DNA of 64,000 bases from Felis catus (GCF_018350175.1 NC_058368.1:159652001-159716000), one strand, 5' to 3'. Counted from the first letter of the stretch, positions 1-13,118 are shown. The notes: generated by a model from the letters alone, not told the origin. A program made the numbers and translations.

Positions 1-1361
1 AAAGCTATTAGTAAGCCACCACCACATAGAACAATCCTATCAGACTGAGATAGATCTTGAATCTTGCCTTTCTTTATTCTTCCAATAGGCTATTAGATGT
101 TTTTATGGAAAACAAGGTTAAAGAACACAACACCATTGCTTAGCTATACAAAAATACACTACAATTTCAGGAGAGTAAAGTCTTCCTTATTCCTCAAGGA
201 GAGTTCACAAAGACAGAAAGGTTAGAATTTATAGAGCACAGTTTTAGTTGTTTTTTTTTTCTTAATTGGCAAAGATAAGAATGCATTTTTCTCTCTTTTT
301 GCTGAACACTAATCTATTGACTGGTATAACTGAATTACTTTCAAAAACCATAGAAAAAACCTAAAAAGTTAGTTAGCACAATACATAGATCAGAGTTGTT
401 ATTTTTGTATTTCATGTACTGAAAAATGCTGTCAAATCAGCAAATGCCAGATGAAAATATAGGAACAATTTTATTATTTTAAGCTCTACCTAAAAACAGA
501 CACAATAAAAGATGAGTTTGCTAATGATAGAAAGCTGACCAAATCTCTATGCCGCTATTTACTTACCTGCTACTAACTTCTACCCTAGAGAGAAAGAACA
601 GCTAATGGTTGTAACCACATAAAAGAAAACCATCTAATTTCAGTATGTAGACTCTGAGACTACAGTTGCTGAAATAGGAAATGAATGGAAAGCTTAGCCA
701 AGTGTGTGATCCCCAGTAAGCACACTAGATCCAAGGGCCCAGCCTCCTGCTTTACCAAATCTCCAGAGATGTGAGCTACTGCAAATGGTGAACCTACCCC
801 AAAGTCTGGGAAAACCTGGGAGTCTAGATCCCCACCCACCTGCCATGCTCAGATCCTTTATGCATCACTTCTCCCATGACATTAGATTCCTTCTCCTTCC
901 CAGAAATGCTCTCTACTTGGCAAGCATGTATCTATCTCAAAGTGTCTGATGTGTCCTTGGTGACATGGGAAAGACCAACATTTACCTTCTTTGAATTATG
1001 GTTCCTTCTGACAAAGAGTGTGTAGTCTAGGCAAGGAAATGAGCTTTGAACACATGAAATAGTCAATGGAAAATGAACATATGAGTTCTAACTTAGAGGA
1101 GAAGGAAATCAATATAAAAAGAGCAGACAGATGAGACCCCGTGTGGGATGTAAACTGTGCTGAAGCATAAGGGACTATAAAGCAGATTGGGAAAGGCAAA
1201 GAAAAGAGGAGAAAGCATTCTAACATGGCTTCATGAGGCAGTGAGGAGTAAGGCAAGAGTATGAATAGGGAGAAACGTAAAGTTAGGAACTATGGACAAG
1301 ATCAGACTGATTACAAAAAGATCAGACTTATGTACCAGACCAACTTCTTTTTCCTTTTTCT

Positions 1362-1485
1362 TTTAACAAATATTTATCCAGCACACTCTGCTAAGTGTTG
1401 AACTAAGCCCTGGAGACTATAAAACACATAAGATACAGACTCTATTCCCATGAGACTCCTCATCAGATGGAAGAGACAAACTGAG
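1362..1485 (-). mobile_element. L2 LINE 3'-end fragment (ancient)
   Basis: ttaacaaatatttatccagcac...ctaagccctggaga...aagatacagac resembles the reverse complement of the L2 3' terminus; strongly diverged. Confidence 0.55.
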
Positions 1486-2161
1486 TATACCAACCATCAA
1501 AATGTGCAAGTATTTGTATGCCATTCTAGGAGATCTTCATAGTTACATTAACAAAATAGGACTGTTCATTTGATATGTTTATCTTATACCCAATATAACG
1601 TATTATCTTGCTGATAGCTATAACATATGTTCCTATGTCATGTTCCTCCCTGCTGATTATTAGTTGATTAGTATTTCATGAATCCTATTCTGTTCCTGTT
1701 TTCTTCCCTCTCCAACTCTTTCCTTTTTTCAGCATTTTGTCTTCATTATCAGACAATTTCATTTAGCTCTTATTGGATCTCTCCTCTGATGTTTCACATT
1801 ATTAAGGTTCTTCCCCAAGTTTCAGTCATTGTTTCTTAAAACAACTAAGTATATATATGTACATAATTAAAAATATGTATGTGTGTGCATATATATATGT
1901 ATATTATGTGTATTTATATATGTAAAGGGGTCTTAGAAAGCTGGAGTATTGATATGAAAACCACAGTAAGCTGACCTTTGGGAAAATATACCTAAGCGTT
2001 ATAAACACACAATTTAGTAAAATACATGTTTAAACACCGTTTTTATATGGTTTTATAATAGAGTTATAAGCAAAGTACTATGGGAGAACAGAAGGAAGGC
2101 CAACCTGCAACTATAGGGGATGAATTTGATACAGATCTACCCCTTTGAGTAGCAAAATGAG

Positions 2162-2275
2162 TATGTAGTATATGTAGTATACATAAAAACAGATATTACA
2201 GTATCTATGTAGTATATGTAGTATAACCTAAAAACAGGTTCTATGTAGTATAACCTAAAAACAGATATTACAGTT
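2162..2275. repeat. Imperfect local tandem duplication (three related 34-44 bp units)
   Basis: Blocks tatgtagta, (cc)taaaaacag and atattacagt recur in shuffled combinations at 2162, 2206 and 2242. Confidence 0.85.
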
Positions 2276-2804
2276 TCCTTATCTGCCCCTCTTCCTTTGG
2301 TGAATCTTCTCCCAAGTTATTTAGAAACAAAGTATTTCTGGTTTCCTTCTCTTACAAATGCCCGCCCAACAGAATGTGCATTGTTGGTGGGTTCTGATGC
2401 AAATCGCTTCTCAGCAGAAGCCACTCTGCCATTATAGTCTAATTTGCAGCCAAGCTGGCTTTCAGCTGGTGCCTTGTCCTTGGGCTATCGTTCACTGTCA
2501 GGGCCTCTCCAGGGCGCACCAGCTGTTATCTTAACAACGGAGAAGGAGGGAAGCAGTCATATGTCACTGATTCCCAAGAAAAGCCTGCCTTGGCTGCTGC
2601 CATAATTCCACCTTGCTTCCGGGATGGATAATTGTGTAGCTAGGTTCAGGGCCGCCCCTGGGCAAGCTAGGGAAGTACATAATATATTTCTTAATTAATA
2701 TCCATTTTTCCTTGGCCCCTACCTTTCTCAGACCTCAGGCCAGACTCAGCAATTCCTGAACTTACTCAGGATACCCTCTTTGGATAAGGATTCAATCTAT
2801 ATAA

Positions 2805-2964
2805 CAGTGATTTTCAACTGAAGTGCTAATATTTTCCCCCAAAATAAACTTCGCACGTATGTATGCACGCACACACAAACACACACACAAATGTAAAATT
2901 TTGCATACAGTGTCAGGTAATTTACAAAATTCTCTGTAAGGCCAGCCTAGGATAAGAACCCCTG
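2805..2964. mobile_element. hAT-Charlie non-autonomous DNA transposon (Charlie4-like)
   Basis: Ends cagtgattttcaac... and ...ggataagaacccctg are Charlie-type TIRs; internal aaattttgcatacagtgtcagg resembles Charlie4 derivatives. Confidence 0.55.
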
Positions 2965-4263
2965 TCTTAACATTTTCTCTTTGTCTTTTTTCCATCTCCA
3001 TCCTGATTCTCGTTCTTTCACACCTCATTCTTTGATAAGAAAGAACATTCTAATCTAATTTAGAAGAAAGTGTTCACAAATATTTTTAAATATATACCTT
3101 TTTAAAATGTATTTACTTTTTAATAAAAGGGTCAATGAAATAACTGATTCTAGAGCTGGTTAAAACCAAACTCCAACCAAAAGGAACTATGGATTTATTT
3201 CTTCTGCACCCTCTGCTCAGGCAAATAAGACAACCGTAATAAACTTGTTTTGTGAAACTTTACTTGCAAGGAATTCTGAAAAGAAATTTCTTACTTTGCT
3301 TCTGAGGGTAATTAAGTATTAAGTTGGAGAAACCAATGGCTAAAATCCCCTTCCCTCTGACTTGTGAGCAATGGTGATCCAGTTTTAACATTTGCTTACT
3401 GCCCCCCAATGACTTACTTTATTGCACAGCTGTGGGTAGTACTTGATCATCCGTGGGCAGGTGTCTCAAACGGCTATTGGTATCGTCACTTCTCCTGGTG
3501 GCTTTCAAAATGGCTCTGGCCTTCTCTAGGAAGGGAGAAACTAATAATTAGAAAGGTTCATGAGAGTACACCACTAACTAGGTAAATATATGTGCAGAAG
3601 AACTGGGAGCTAAAGGAAGACTTTTAAAAACTGTAATCCTACATTGCCATCCTCTCCCAGAACGCCAAAGAGTAATAGGTATCTCATCTGAGTATTTCAT
3701 AAAATGAGTTGGCTCTGAAATCCTGCTTAATTCCATCTGATAAAATATGTTAAATGATCTTATCATTTCTATACTAAACTTAAACAAAATTTTTGAAAAA
3801 ATGGGCAATTGCATTGGGTGACTCCTGAGCCAAACTTGGATCTTTGTTAGGCTCTTGAAAAAATCAAGCTAGAAAAACCTTTGGAGGCACTAGAGTGAAA
3901 AAGTTTCACTACCTGAAGGATCAGGCCATGTTGGTCCTGTATGTTATAAGACAAATGATGAAAACATGAGGTATGCTACTCCGTCTTCCTCAGTGACTGT
4001 TTTAAACGTTGCTAATTGATTACGACATATTTTTCTGTGTAGCAGAGGCATAGTCTCAGAATCCTTCTGAGCACAATTGTACAAGCATTCTCTACCAGTG
4101 TTTAAAAGTGACAGATGAGATAAAGCTCATTTGCTATTTCTGTGCTAGATCATTTATAGAGTCACTGGGCTATCGCAAATGCAACAGAACTACTTGTGCT
4201 ACACTGGATAGAGGACAACAGTCCAATGTAACTGTTCTCCATGCCGTGTGACTGGAGCTGGAG

Positions 4264-4390
4264 CAGGAGTCCCAAACCACAGCCTCTGGGCCAAAGCTGA
4301 CTTGCCAAATGACTTTGTAAATAAAGGCTTATTAGAACAACAGCCACAGCCAATTGTTTATATACTGTGTATGACTGCTTTACCTACTTT
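4264..4390 (+). mobile_element. MER58A-like hAT-Charlie fragment
   Basis: caggagtcccaaaccacagcctctgggccaaa...tttgtaaataaaggcttattagaacaacagccacagcc...gactgcttt follows the first half of the MER58A consensus. Confidence 0.75.
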
Positions 4391-5061
4391 AAGTTACATG
4401 AGCCAATAATTCAACAAACTAGTTTCAGTTTAAGTTTTCATTTTCATTCAAGAATGACACATAGTTCAGACCTCTAGATTCTGGTTTGGACTCCATGAAG
4501 ATCTTTACCTCCTCCAAGGAGTTAATATGAGAACTTTCTATAATAGCAGAAAAGACAAACCAAGAAGCTATGATTGACTTATAGGTCCTAATGGCATTTG
4601 TGTTGAAAACCATGAAAGCATGCTCCTACCACCAGAAGCAGATATGGAAGATGATGCAAAACCAGGGTTCTTTTCCCTTCCTGTTTCCCTTGCCTTCCCA
4701 TCACCTCTTTCTCCAGCATAGGGATTCAGGTTTGGCTTTTACAGAATCCATGAGACTTTTTCTAAGACGGAAAATGAATCCCTGGTTAGCTCTATGGTCA
4801 AACAACATGTAAAACCTTAGCAACCGCCTAGCCCTAAGGGTCACGAAGGCTCTGATAAGGAGGTATGCCTGTTAACACAGCACCAAGCTGCAATTATAGA
4901 TTTCTATTTGTAAGCTGCTCTATATATTCATGTTTATGTCAACTCTGATAAACTCTGTGTAATTCTTTTCATAGCATTCTGTTCTCAATTTACTGTTTAT
5001 AAAGGATCAAAACAGAATAATTCCTTCAGGAGTTGTAAGACACAAAAAAGAGAAAGGGAAG

Positions 5062-5200
5062 TAACATTTCTTGAACACCTCCTCTGTGCTAAATACTGAG
5101 GTTTATGCTTTCCCATGCACAATTCCATTTATTCCTTGTAACATCCGGTGACACAGAAACAATTCCATTTATTTTATTAAAGGTTTCCTGACACGGATGA
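5062..5200 (-). mobile_element. MIR fragment
   Basis: aacatttcttgaacacctcctctgtgctaaatactg...catttattccttgtaacatcc matches a reversed MIR 3' half. Confidence 0.55.
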
Positions 5201-6444
5201 ACTCAACATACAACTCTGATGACTGAATAACGAAAACTCAACTCTCATTCTTAAAAAATGTTTTCCACAGAGAATGAGTCCTGGGTTTCTGTGCAATGCC
5301 ATAGATTTTTTTTTTCCCGTTGTTCCAAACCTCTGATATCCAAAGAGAAGGAAATGGGGGCCGGGGTGGAAAAGGAAAGGGGAAGAGGTCAAGAAACTGT
5401 TGGGAAAGGAGTCAACAGAAAAATCTGGGAAAGAAAAATGAAGGATGCTATTTCTCATCCTCAAAACTACTGTTAAAGCATATTCCCAAAAGACATTCCT
5501 GTCCCTAGCGAAGGAACCAGACGAAACTACGTGTGTGCCTGATAGGAGCAGATGTGTTTCCACAATCAATGGTGAGAGATAATAAAATGCTTTGATGGGA
5601 ACTTCAAGGAATACAGTGTCAGCCTGGCATTATTTAATCTCACCATACCTGGCAGCCACAGGGACAGATTTCTGAGAGGTTTTGCTGTGACAAGAATAAA
5701 AGGATTCCAAACAGGAAATTCCTGCTGATGCTCTGTAGCTGGGTCTATTGTAAAGACTTCAAAATCAGCTTAAGCAACACAGCATTGAAGAATGGCTAAC
5801 TGCTCACTTAATACCTCTGCTCCTTTGCCACAGTTCCAAAGCCACAACGACCTCGCCGCGGTAGAGGGTGATAATGCTGGGAGTGGAAGAATAAATAGGC
5901 GGAGTTCTGCACTTGGACAGCAGTGCACTGGAAGGGACAAGAGGTCAGTCAGCTTTAAGAGGCATTTTCCAAGTGACTGGCAAATAAATGCTTAGCGTAT
6001 TCATCCCAGTTTACCAAGGAAGGGAGAATGAACTGCAACCATATTCTGCTGAGTTTTAATGGCAGACAGACTTGGTGGATACCTTTCAGGTTTATCCAGC
6101 TTTATTCAGCACATTCTTCTGCCAACTGAGCTGTAAAGTAACACTGTTTGACAAAACCAGCATAGATATCATGCAAGTCATTTGACTGTTTCTGCTTTTT
6201 CCCACCCCCCACACCCTCTAGCAAAGGGTAGATTTAACCAAATGATAGTATAATGCAGAGATTTTCTTTTTCTTTTTTTTATGCCAATCCAGATTTGGCC
6301 AATCTGGATTAGCAGTTAAACTGCTTTTTCTTTGGGATGTTTCCAAGTCTTTCTTCTTTAGCAGAATTCACTAACCCCTAACAACTAGTGCTTCTCCATG
6401 CTGCATCTTCCAGAAGTTACAGGGGAGTGGTGAGTGGTGATGAG

Positions 6445-6875
6445 TGTATAAAGTCTGTGAAGTCTGAAGCAAGACTACTTGAATTCACATTATGGCTCTG
6501 CCACTGTGTAATCTTGGGCGAGATAGTTAACCTATCAGTTTACTCATCTATAAACTAGGAAGCATTCTGCCTTGTAGGGCTTTTTTTTTTTTAATTTATT
6601 TTTATTTTTGAGACAGAGACAGACAGAGCATGAGCAGGGGAGGGGCAGAGAGAAAGGGAGACACAGAATCCGAAGCAGGCTCCAGGCTCCGAGCTGTCAG
6701 CACAGAGCTTGATGTGGGGCTCGAACTCAAGGACCGTGAGATCATGACCTGAGCCAAAGTAGGACACTCAACCGACTGAGCCACCCAGGAACTCCAACTG
6801 CCTTGTAGGGTTTTTATGCAGTTCAATGTCCTGATGCAGTCATATCACTTAACAGAATGCCTTGAATAGTATAGG
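6445..6875 (+). mobile_element. MIR split by a Can-SINE
   Basis: MIR core ggctctgccactgtgtaatcttgggcgagatagttaacc...tcagtttactcatctataaa lies before the SINE; MIR 3' sequence resumes after 6798. Confidence 0.65.
6581..6795 (-). mobile_element. Can-SINE (SINEC, felid type)
   Basis: Poly-T tail, (GA)n region and head ...gagccacccaggaactcc; target-site duplication (TSD) ctgccttgtaggg at 6567-6579 and 6798-6810. Confidence 0.97.
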
Positions 6876-6889
6876 AAAAGCTCTAAACA

Positions 6890-6913
6890 CTCTCTCTCTC
6901 TCTCTCTCTCTAC

Positions 6914-6969
<56 letters not shown>
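6890..6969. repeat. Compound microsatellite (TC)n(TA)n(TG)n
   Basis: Directly visible. Confidence 0.98.
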
Positions 6970-6972
<3 letters not shown>

Positions 6973-8036
6973 CTGTTATTGTAATCATTTGTTCTCATCA
7001 GGAAGTTTTATGATGGTCTTTTTTAAAAACCTTGTGGAAACTTCGTCTCCCCCTGTATTGAAACAGTAGTCAGCTTTTTCTTTAGTGCTAAGCAACATGC
7101 CACAAGTTCCCTTCCCTCTACCCATGAACTATGACTTCTGACCCATTTCTAATGGAGTGTTTCCTGGCTCCCTGTGACTCTAACAACAGACTGTTATTTC
7201 TTTGTATCTTGCAATGCAGTATTCTTTCCTCTATATCTAGCAGGAAAAAAGAATATAAGAGGGGAAAGCACAGGTGGAAAAAAAAAGACACTGAAAAGAA
7301 AGCTACATGTATCTCATGCTATGAACTTCTCCTGGTTTCTCATTTTGATAGTTGAGATTAGCCATGTATTTATGATGCATAGGTCACTTGCATTAGGGAA
7401 AAAAAGAAAAAAATTACAACCCTTTTGTCTTCAGATCTTATTTTAGTGTAGCTGTGCATACTTTTACACTCAGTAATTGATAAACCTTAAATTGTTAGGT
7501 GGTTTTAATAGAAACCTGGACCCATTAAAAAAAACCCAAACAAGTCTATCTCTGCAGATAGTAGCACCACTTTCTTGAGGCTTTCTGTATAAAGTGACTT
7601 ACATTCACAAAAGCAGTGCCTTCAGCTAGAGGAGTTATTTTCTTTTTGGTACTCAATATCCCTGCAATTCTTGTTCATGAAAAAGAAATTGACTGCAAAT
7701 GAAGAGAAGTAGGGAGGGAAAAAGAAAAGACAAAAAAGAAAGGAAAATGACTGATGTGCTCAAGACATCGGTGTGAAATCCGCATCTCCCTTTCGATTCA
7801 TTCTGAATTCAGCAAGTGGTGCATGACACATGCCAAAGTTGGATCATGAGTACAAGCTGTACAGATGTGCCCATCTGGTATGCAGGTGTTTGCACTGAGT
7901 CTCCCCAGCCAAACTTCCAGGGGGTAGCATTTTTGTGGAGCTGGCTCCACGCTAGTAGAGGGGAAGAAAAAAAAGGAGACCACCCACTGATACTAAATAA
8001 ATGGTGCCACTTCTTGGTTGACCACATACCCTCAAA

Positions 8037-8225
8037 GAGTGGTTCTTAAATTTCATATGCACCAAGATCACTTGAGCAGCTTTATAAAAATGCAGAACCT
8101 TGCGCCCCTGCCCAAGAGACTTATATTCAGCATATACCGATGTATGTTCCAGAATTCTCTTTTCAACAAACATTCTAGGTTGTTCTAACCTAAGTGTTCC
8201 TTAGTCTGCAGTTTGAGAAACATTA
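8037..8225. mobile_element. MER5A/B-like hAT-Charlie MITE
   Basis: gagtggttcttaaattt...atcacttg...aaaatgcaga...gtttgagaaacatta; MER5-type length and ends. Confidence 0.75.
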
Positions 8226-8750
8226 CTCTAACACATAGAATAAAATGGGTAAAGGAACATCTAGGGGAAGGAAAGCAGTTTTATAAAGTTTGCAGCCTTC
8301 CTCCTCATTGTGTGAGTACTCCTCGTAACTTTGACAAACAGAATATTTAACCGGAAAACCGGGGGGGGCGGGGGGAAGTGTTTGATAAAGCAAACTCTGG
8401 GTATTAACAAATCATGTAACATTTTTTTGTCTCTATCACTTAGGTTTTATATGCACAAAGGGCAACTAAGCAAAACTCAGTTTTAGAATGCAAATGATAC
8501 AGAGGTAGCGAAGATGGTAGCCTTGAACCCATTCACAAGTCCTTCCCCGTTTCACATGAATATTTGGCAACTGGTAACTATATCCTATGCCCTGGTGTTC
8601 AGTGCGTCTCTGTGAGAGCTATAAAATATGAACACGTATCCCTAATAATTCTTTGAAGTAGTTCTCAGCAACCAAGAGCCACTTACCTACTCACTTATCC
8701 CAAGATTGGGAAATAGAAGGAAAAGATACAACTGAGGAAACATTCAAGAA

Positions 8751-8870
8751 CCAGATCATGGAAGTAATTTTTCAATCACGTTGAGTTTAGACTTTATTCA
8801 GTAGGTGATAGGAAATCATAGAAGCATTTTGATTAGAGAAAGGTAATGATCACAGTTATTTTAAAGATTC
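8751..8870 (-). mobile_element. L2 internal fragment
   Basis: ccagatcatgg...gagtttagactttattcagtaggtgataggaaatcatagaagcattttga is a typical reversed L2 block. Confidence 0.6.
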
Positions 8871-9102
8871 CACATAGGTTATAAACTCTGAGGGTTTTAT
8901 ATTAGTGTATATGAAAGAATTGTGCTGAAAACAAAATTGATGTGTTTAATAACATATTGATGTGATTAAATTACAAGTCATTAATATAATTATTCACATA
9001 TCAATACACTCCTCCCTCATTTAAAGTAAAACAAACAAAAAACCAAAATCAGAATCTAGCTCTTCTCATTAGCTTTAAGAATACATTTCTAAGAATAATG
9101 TC

Positions 9103-9240
9103 CATTCAATAAACATTTATTTTCATGCCCATGTTATGTTAGGCACTCTGCTAGGTGTTGGGGAGCTAAACAGGGAGGGCCTCCACTCTCAAGGTGTTTA
9201 TAGTCTGCTGAGACAGACACTGAACAAATAATCAAACAAG
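9103..9240 (-). mobile_element. L2 3'-end fragment
   Basis: cattcaataaacatttatt...aggcactctgctaggtgttgggga...ctctcaaggtgtttatagtct...gagacagac. Confidence 0.7.
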
Positions 9241-9363
9241 CTGTGGGTTTTCCAAAATGGCTCTTTGCTATTCCTGCTATTCCTAGCAATGCTGTGCTTT
9301 CATTGCTTTTAACGTGTGAGTCCTTTCCCTATTCCACCTTTCTTTAAGGGCACCTTTAATCAT

Positions 9364-9752
9364 CAGAGGTCTCAAACTTGCTGCCTACAGATCTATTTTA
9401 TTTGGCCCACACAATGGTAAGGTCCACTTTCTTAAAAAAAAAAAAAATTGAATTCCTTGCCAACATAAAATATGAGCGTCTGGTTTCTCTTGAATAATTG
9501 GTCATACTGACCCTCAATTACCATAAGGGAGCAAGTGCCCAGAGTTGCATAGCAGCTGTCTTCTTCAGAAATAATGTGTTCCACCTACTTAGCCACATTT
9601 AAGCCCGGTCCAAATCACCTCCTGACATGTGGGCCAAGGATCTATTGACATTGATCATCTCCCTTCAGTTGCTATTTTTCCTACCCCTGGCTCAGTTCAC
9701 TCATCTACAGTACTTGCTAGCCTCTCTGAGACAGTTTAGTTTGCAACTCCCA
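9364..9752 (+). mobile_element. MER102-like hAT DNA transposon
   Basis: ttttatttggcccacacaatgg, ttgaattccttgccaacat, ggtttctcttgaa and terminal ttcactcatctac...agtttgcaactccca follow the MER102 consensus. Confidence 0.7.
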
Positions 9753-9929
9753 CTCCACAGAGAAAAACTCAGCAATCTTTTTACAAAATCCTCTCCGGCA
9801 TGCTCTCTCACCTCATTGTACTGCTTGTCAAGATTCTAGACTAAGTAAATAAACAAAGATTGTTCATGAGTTTACTTATTCAAATATTCCATCAACTTCT
9901 CTCTCCAGCTGTGCCTTTCCTTAGATCCA

Positions 9930-10320
9930 TTTGTCCCAAGCAAACCAGATTACTTATTGGTCAGTCCCAAATATGACCTGCTATTTTCACTGTCTTCAAT
10001 CCTACTGGAATTTCTGTATCTAGAACTCAGGCCAGGTCCCTAAACTCTGTCTAATTCTGTCTATCCTCAGGTCCAATTCAAATCCCCCACCTCTTCCAGG
10101 AAGCCATTCCTGACTGCCTAGCTGGATGTGGTATAGCCTCCCTGTGAACTCTCACACCACCATACCAGAATCTCTGTAAGGACCTTCAAGCTTTCTACCT
10201 CACAACATACTTTCTACATTTCAACTCTCTGAAGGTAGGAATCCCATCTAATTTATCCTCCTTTTCTCACTTGCACAGCATATAGCAGAAAACAGTGATC
10301 ATTTGCACAATAAATGAAGA
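9930..10320 (+). mobile_element. L2 3' fragment
   Basis: caattcaaatcccccacctcttccaggaagccattcctgac...ctctctgaaggtaggaa...aataaatgaa. Confidence 0.65.
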
Positions 10321-12048
10321 GAGATTTTACAACTCGTTGTAAGGGGAATAGGAAGATGCTAAATGTATTAACTTCCTGTAAGTTATCTCTAGTTGTTTTC
10401 AATGCTCAATCCACACAGAGGTGCACTTGTTTAGGATTGTTTTATAATTGAATTATTATTCCCTACTTTTCCCATCCTACACGTGTGTCCAGTGGAAACA
10501 TGTTCATCCATTTCATGTGTTTTTTCAGTCCCTTACTTAGGAATCTAGTCCAAGAGATTTTCTCTTTCCTCTCTTTAAAATGTTACACAGAATAACTTTA
10601 AGTCTTGGTTCTAGACTCTTGAGCTATAACAAAGTTTGGGATTTATCTTGTTTTCCTTGACTCTAAGCCCTCAAGGGCACAAACTCTTAGCCATCATGTC
10701 TTGTATGACTAAATAAATGTTTCTGTTACAAGTGCCTTTCATTTAAATTTACGATCTATTTAGACATTGAATTCTTTTGAGCTAGAATGTATTCTTGTGA
10801 TTTTGGTATTAATATTAGTTTCTCCCCGTGTAAAGGCTATATGCTTTTCTATAAAATGAAAAAAAGAAAAAGATACGCTAAGAAGTTAGGTTTCTTATGC
10901 AACTTCACACACTTAGTTACCAGAATCACCTAGACTATTTCAGTTGTGACTGGAATGGGCAGAAAATATAAGTCTATCATTTTGAAAAGTGACCTTGTGT
11001 ACCCCCACCCCCACTGTTCTAGGCAAGAGTGTCCTGAAACTACCAGTTATCCATTCAGCCATTCAATTAGCACCTCTTGAGAGCTGTGTGCTAAAGTACC
11101 TGAGGCACACACACAAAATTTCCGTGTGTTCGGTACTTATCAGTTTCACTCCCAAGGTCAAAGGAGATTAATTTTTTTCTTCTTTTTATAAGGCAGCCTT
11201 TCAATCACAATCTTGTTTCCAACAATCTTGCCTCCACACTCTTGGTCTGTATACTTTATTCCTTGTCAGCCAGCCATTTTAAAGTAAAAATAAATAAATC
11301 AAAATAAAATGCAAACAGTTCTCTTCTAGAGGGTGAGAGATTTCAGAGCCCAATGAGCCCACAGGCAGATCACTTATAACTATGCAGCTTAGTCACAGAG
11401 TCCAACTTGGCAAATGGTAATGTGCAAGCCTGTTTTTTAGTTCCAACCTGTTTCATACTCAGGCTAGCCCAGCTATTTCCCTTATTTCCAATTCCTTGGG
11501 GATGCCAGATCCTTTCTGGCTAAATCCCAAGTGCAACGCCCTAAACTCAAGGCACAGCTTTACTTCTTTGCCTCAACCTGAAGCCCCTAAGCTGATGGCT
11601 TCTCCTTTTGTTGTTTTGTCATCAGACCCTCTCCTGAATGCCTCTTAGCACACAGCCCAGGTCTATTTCCACCAATTCCTGTCCCCTTCTGCTCTTAATT
11701 CAAATCTCATTTCCTCTCTCTTTACTGTTTCTAAGCAGATTCTCTAGTTCTCTTTCTCTCCCAAACCTGGCCAGTCACATTGTGTCCTGGTATCATTTCC
11801 TGATGTCAGTCAGCCCCAACTCCTCTTAATCTTCTGTTGATACATGGCAAGCTCTTTTTTATGATTGTTTGCCAAACCCTTGTGTTTCTAATATAAGGAA
11901 TAAAGAGGTGAAAAAAAAAAAAACTAAAAGTCCTTCCATTAATGTACTTTTGGTGAGGAAAGTTAGCATAGAATGGGTAAAGAAACAAAGTCATTAAGCT
12001 TAGAATATTAGTTATTCAGTACATATAAATAACAAGCAGATATTAAGG

Positions 12049-12253
12049 CAGTGTTTCTCAAAGTATGGTTCAACAGACCACCTTTCTCAGAATCATTTGT
12101 GGGAAAGAGAGTGGGGCAGGGTGCTGCTTGACATAATCTTGGGCTGTACCCCAGATAGACAACCAAAATCTCTGAGGACCTACTAAGAATCTGAGTTCTT
12201 GACACACTCCTAGTTCTTCTTCTTCTAATGCACATTCAAATTTAAGAACAATG
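12049..12253. mobile_element. MER5A/B-like hAT-Charlie MITE
   Basis: cagtgtttctcaaagtatggttc...agaatcatttg...aagaatctg...tctaatgcacattcaaatttaagaacaatg. Confidence 0.75.
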
Positions 12254-12539
12254 TACATTGTCTCTATTGTCCTTTAAAAGCAGTTATTCTTTACCTCATG
12301 TTTGCTCCACTTCTACTCTTTAAGTTTCTTCTATACTCGATACGGTATTTAATATATGCGTTTATAGATATTGGAGATATAGTAGAGAATAAATGGACAA
12401 GTTCCTTCCTCATGAATCTTACATTTTGGTGGAAAAAAGAGACCCTTGGTCATCATATTAAGAGAGCAAAATGAAAATTGATGAAGAGTCTCAGCCACTT
12501 CCTGGGGAATAAAGATTATGTACAAATACACACAAGGGC

Positions 12540-12542
<3 letters not shown>

Positions 12543-12598
<56 letters not shown>
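12543..12598. repeat. (TA)n microsatellite
   Basis: Directly visible pure TA run. Confidence 0.98.
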
Positions 12599-12603
<5 letters not shown>

Positions 12604-12797
12604 TTAATGTATTTCTATAGTCACATAAAATCAGGAAACATAAAATGAAAAATTTACAATAGCTAGAACAATTGTTTTTTGTTATTTTAATTCGGAGGAC
12701 TTGCTTTAGATTTTTCTAGAATGTTTTTAGAGTATTACTTTAGAGACTTTCATATGGACTAAAAATTTATCCATTCTTACTGAGATTAAAATTTTTA

Positions 12798-12897
12798 GGG
12801 GCACCTGGCTGGCTAAGTCAGAAAAGTGTGTGACTCTTGATCTTGGGGTCTTGAGTTCTAGCCCCATGTTGGGTGTAGACATTACTTAAAAAAAAAT
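12798..12897 (+). mobile_element. Short old Can-SINE (SINEC_old-like)
   Basis: ggggcacctggctggctaagtc...gactcttgatcttggggtcttgagttctagccccatgttgggtgtagacattacttaaaaaaaa; tRNA-like head without the (CT)n body. Confidence 0.9.
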
Positions 12898-13118
12898 TAA
12901 ATACCAATCAGTAAGAGAGAAATTCCTAGTGATGAACATAAATCTCAATCCACCCATCAGAAAAGCAGCACCAAGAGAAAGCATGTGATTCAGCAAACAG
13001 GCACAGAGCATGTACCCAGGGTATACACCGCTGGATGTGTGCACATGCCTGCTCCCCAGCCTCCAAGACAACCATTTGCTACAAATCCACACCAGACTCA
13101 TTTGAAATTGTTGGGTCT

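Noticed and set aside
5852..5872. CTCF-like site gcggtagagggtga
   Set aside because: Four mismatches to the CCASYAGRKGGCRS core, including key positions; not supportable without ChIP data.
12798..12897. Possible tRNA gene
   Set aside because: The tRNA-like head is followed by the short Can-SINE tail and poly-A, and its A/B boxes are decayed; it is a SINE, not a functional tRNA.
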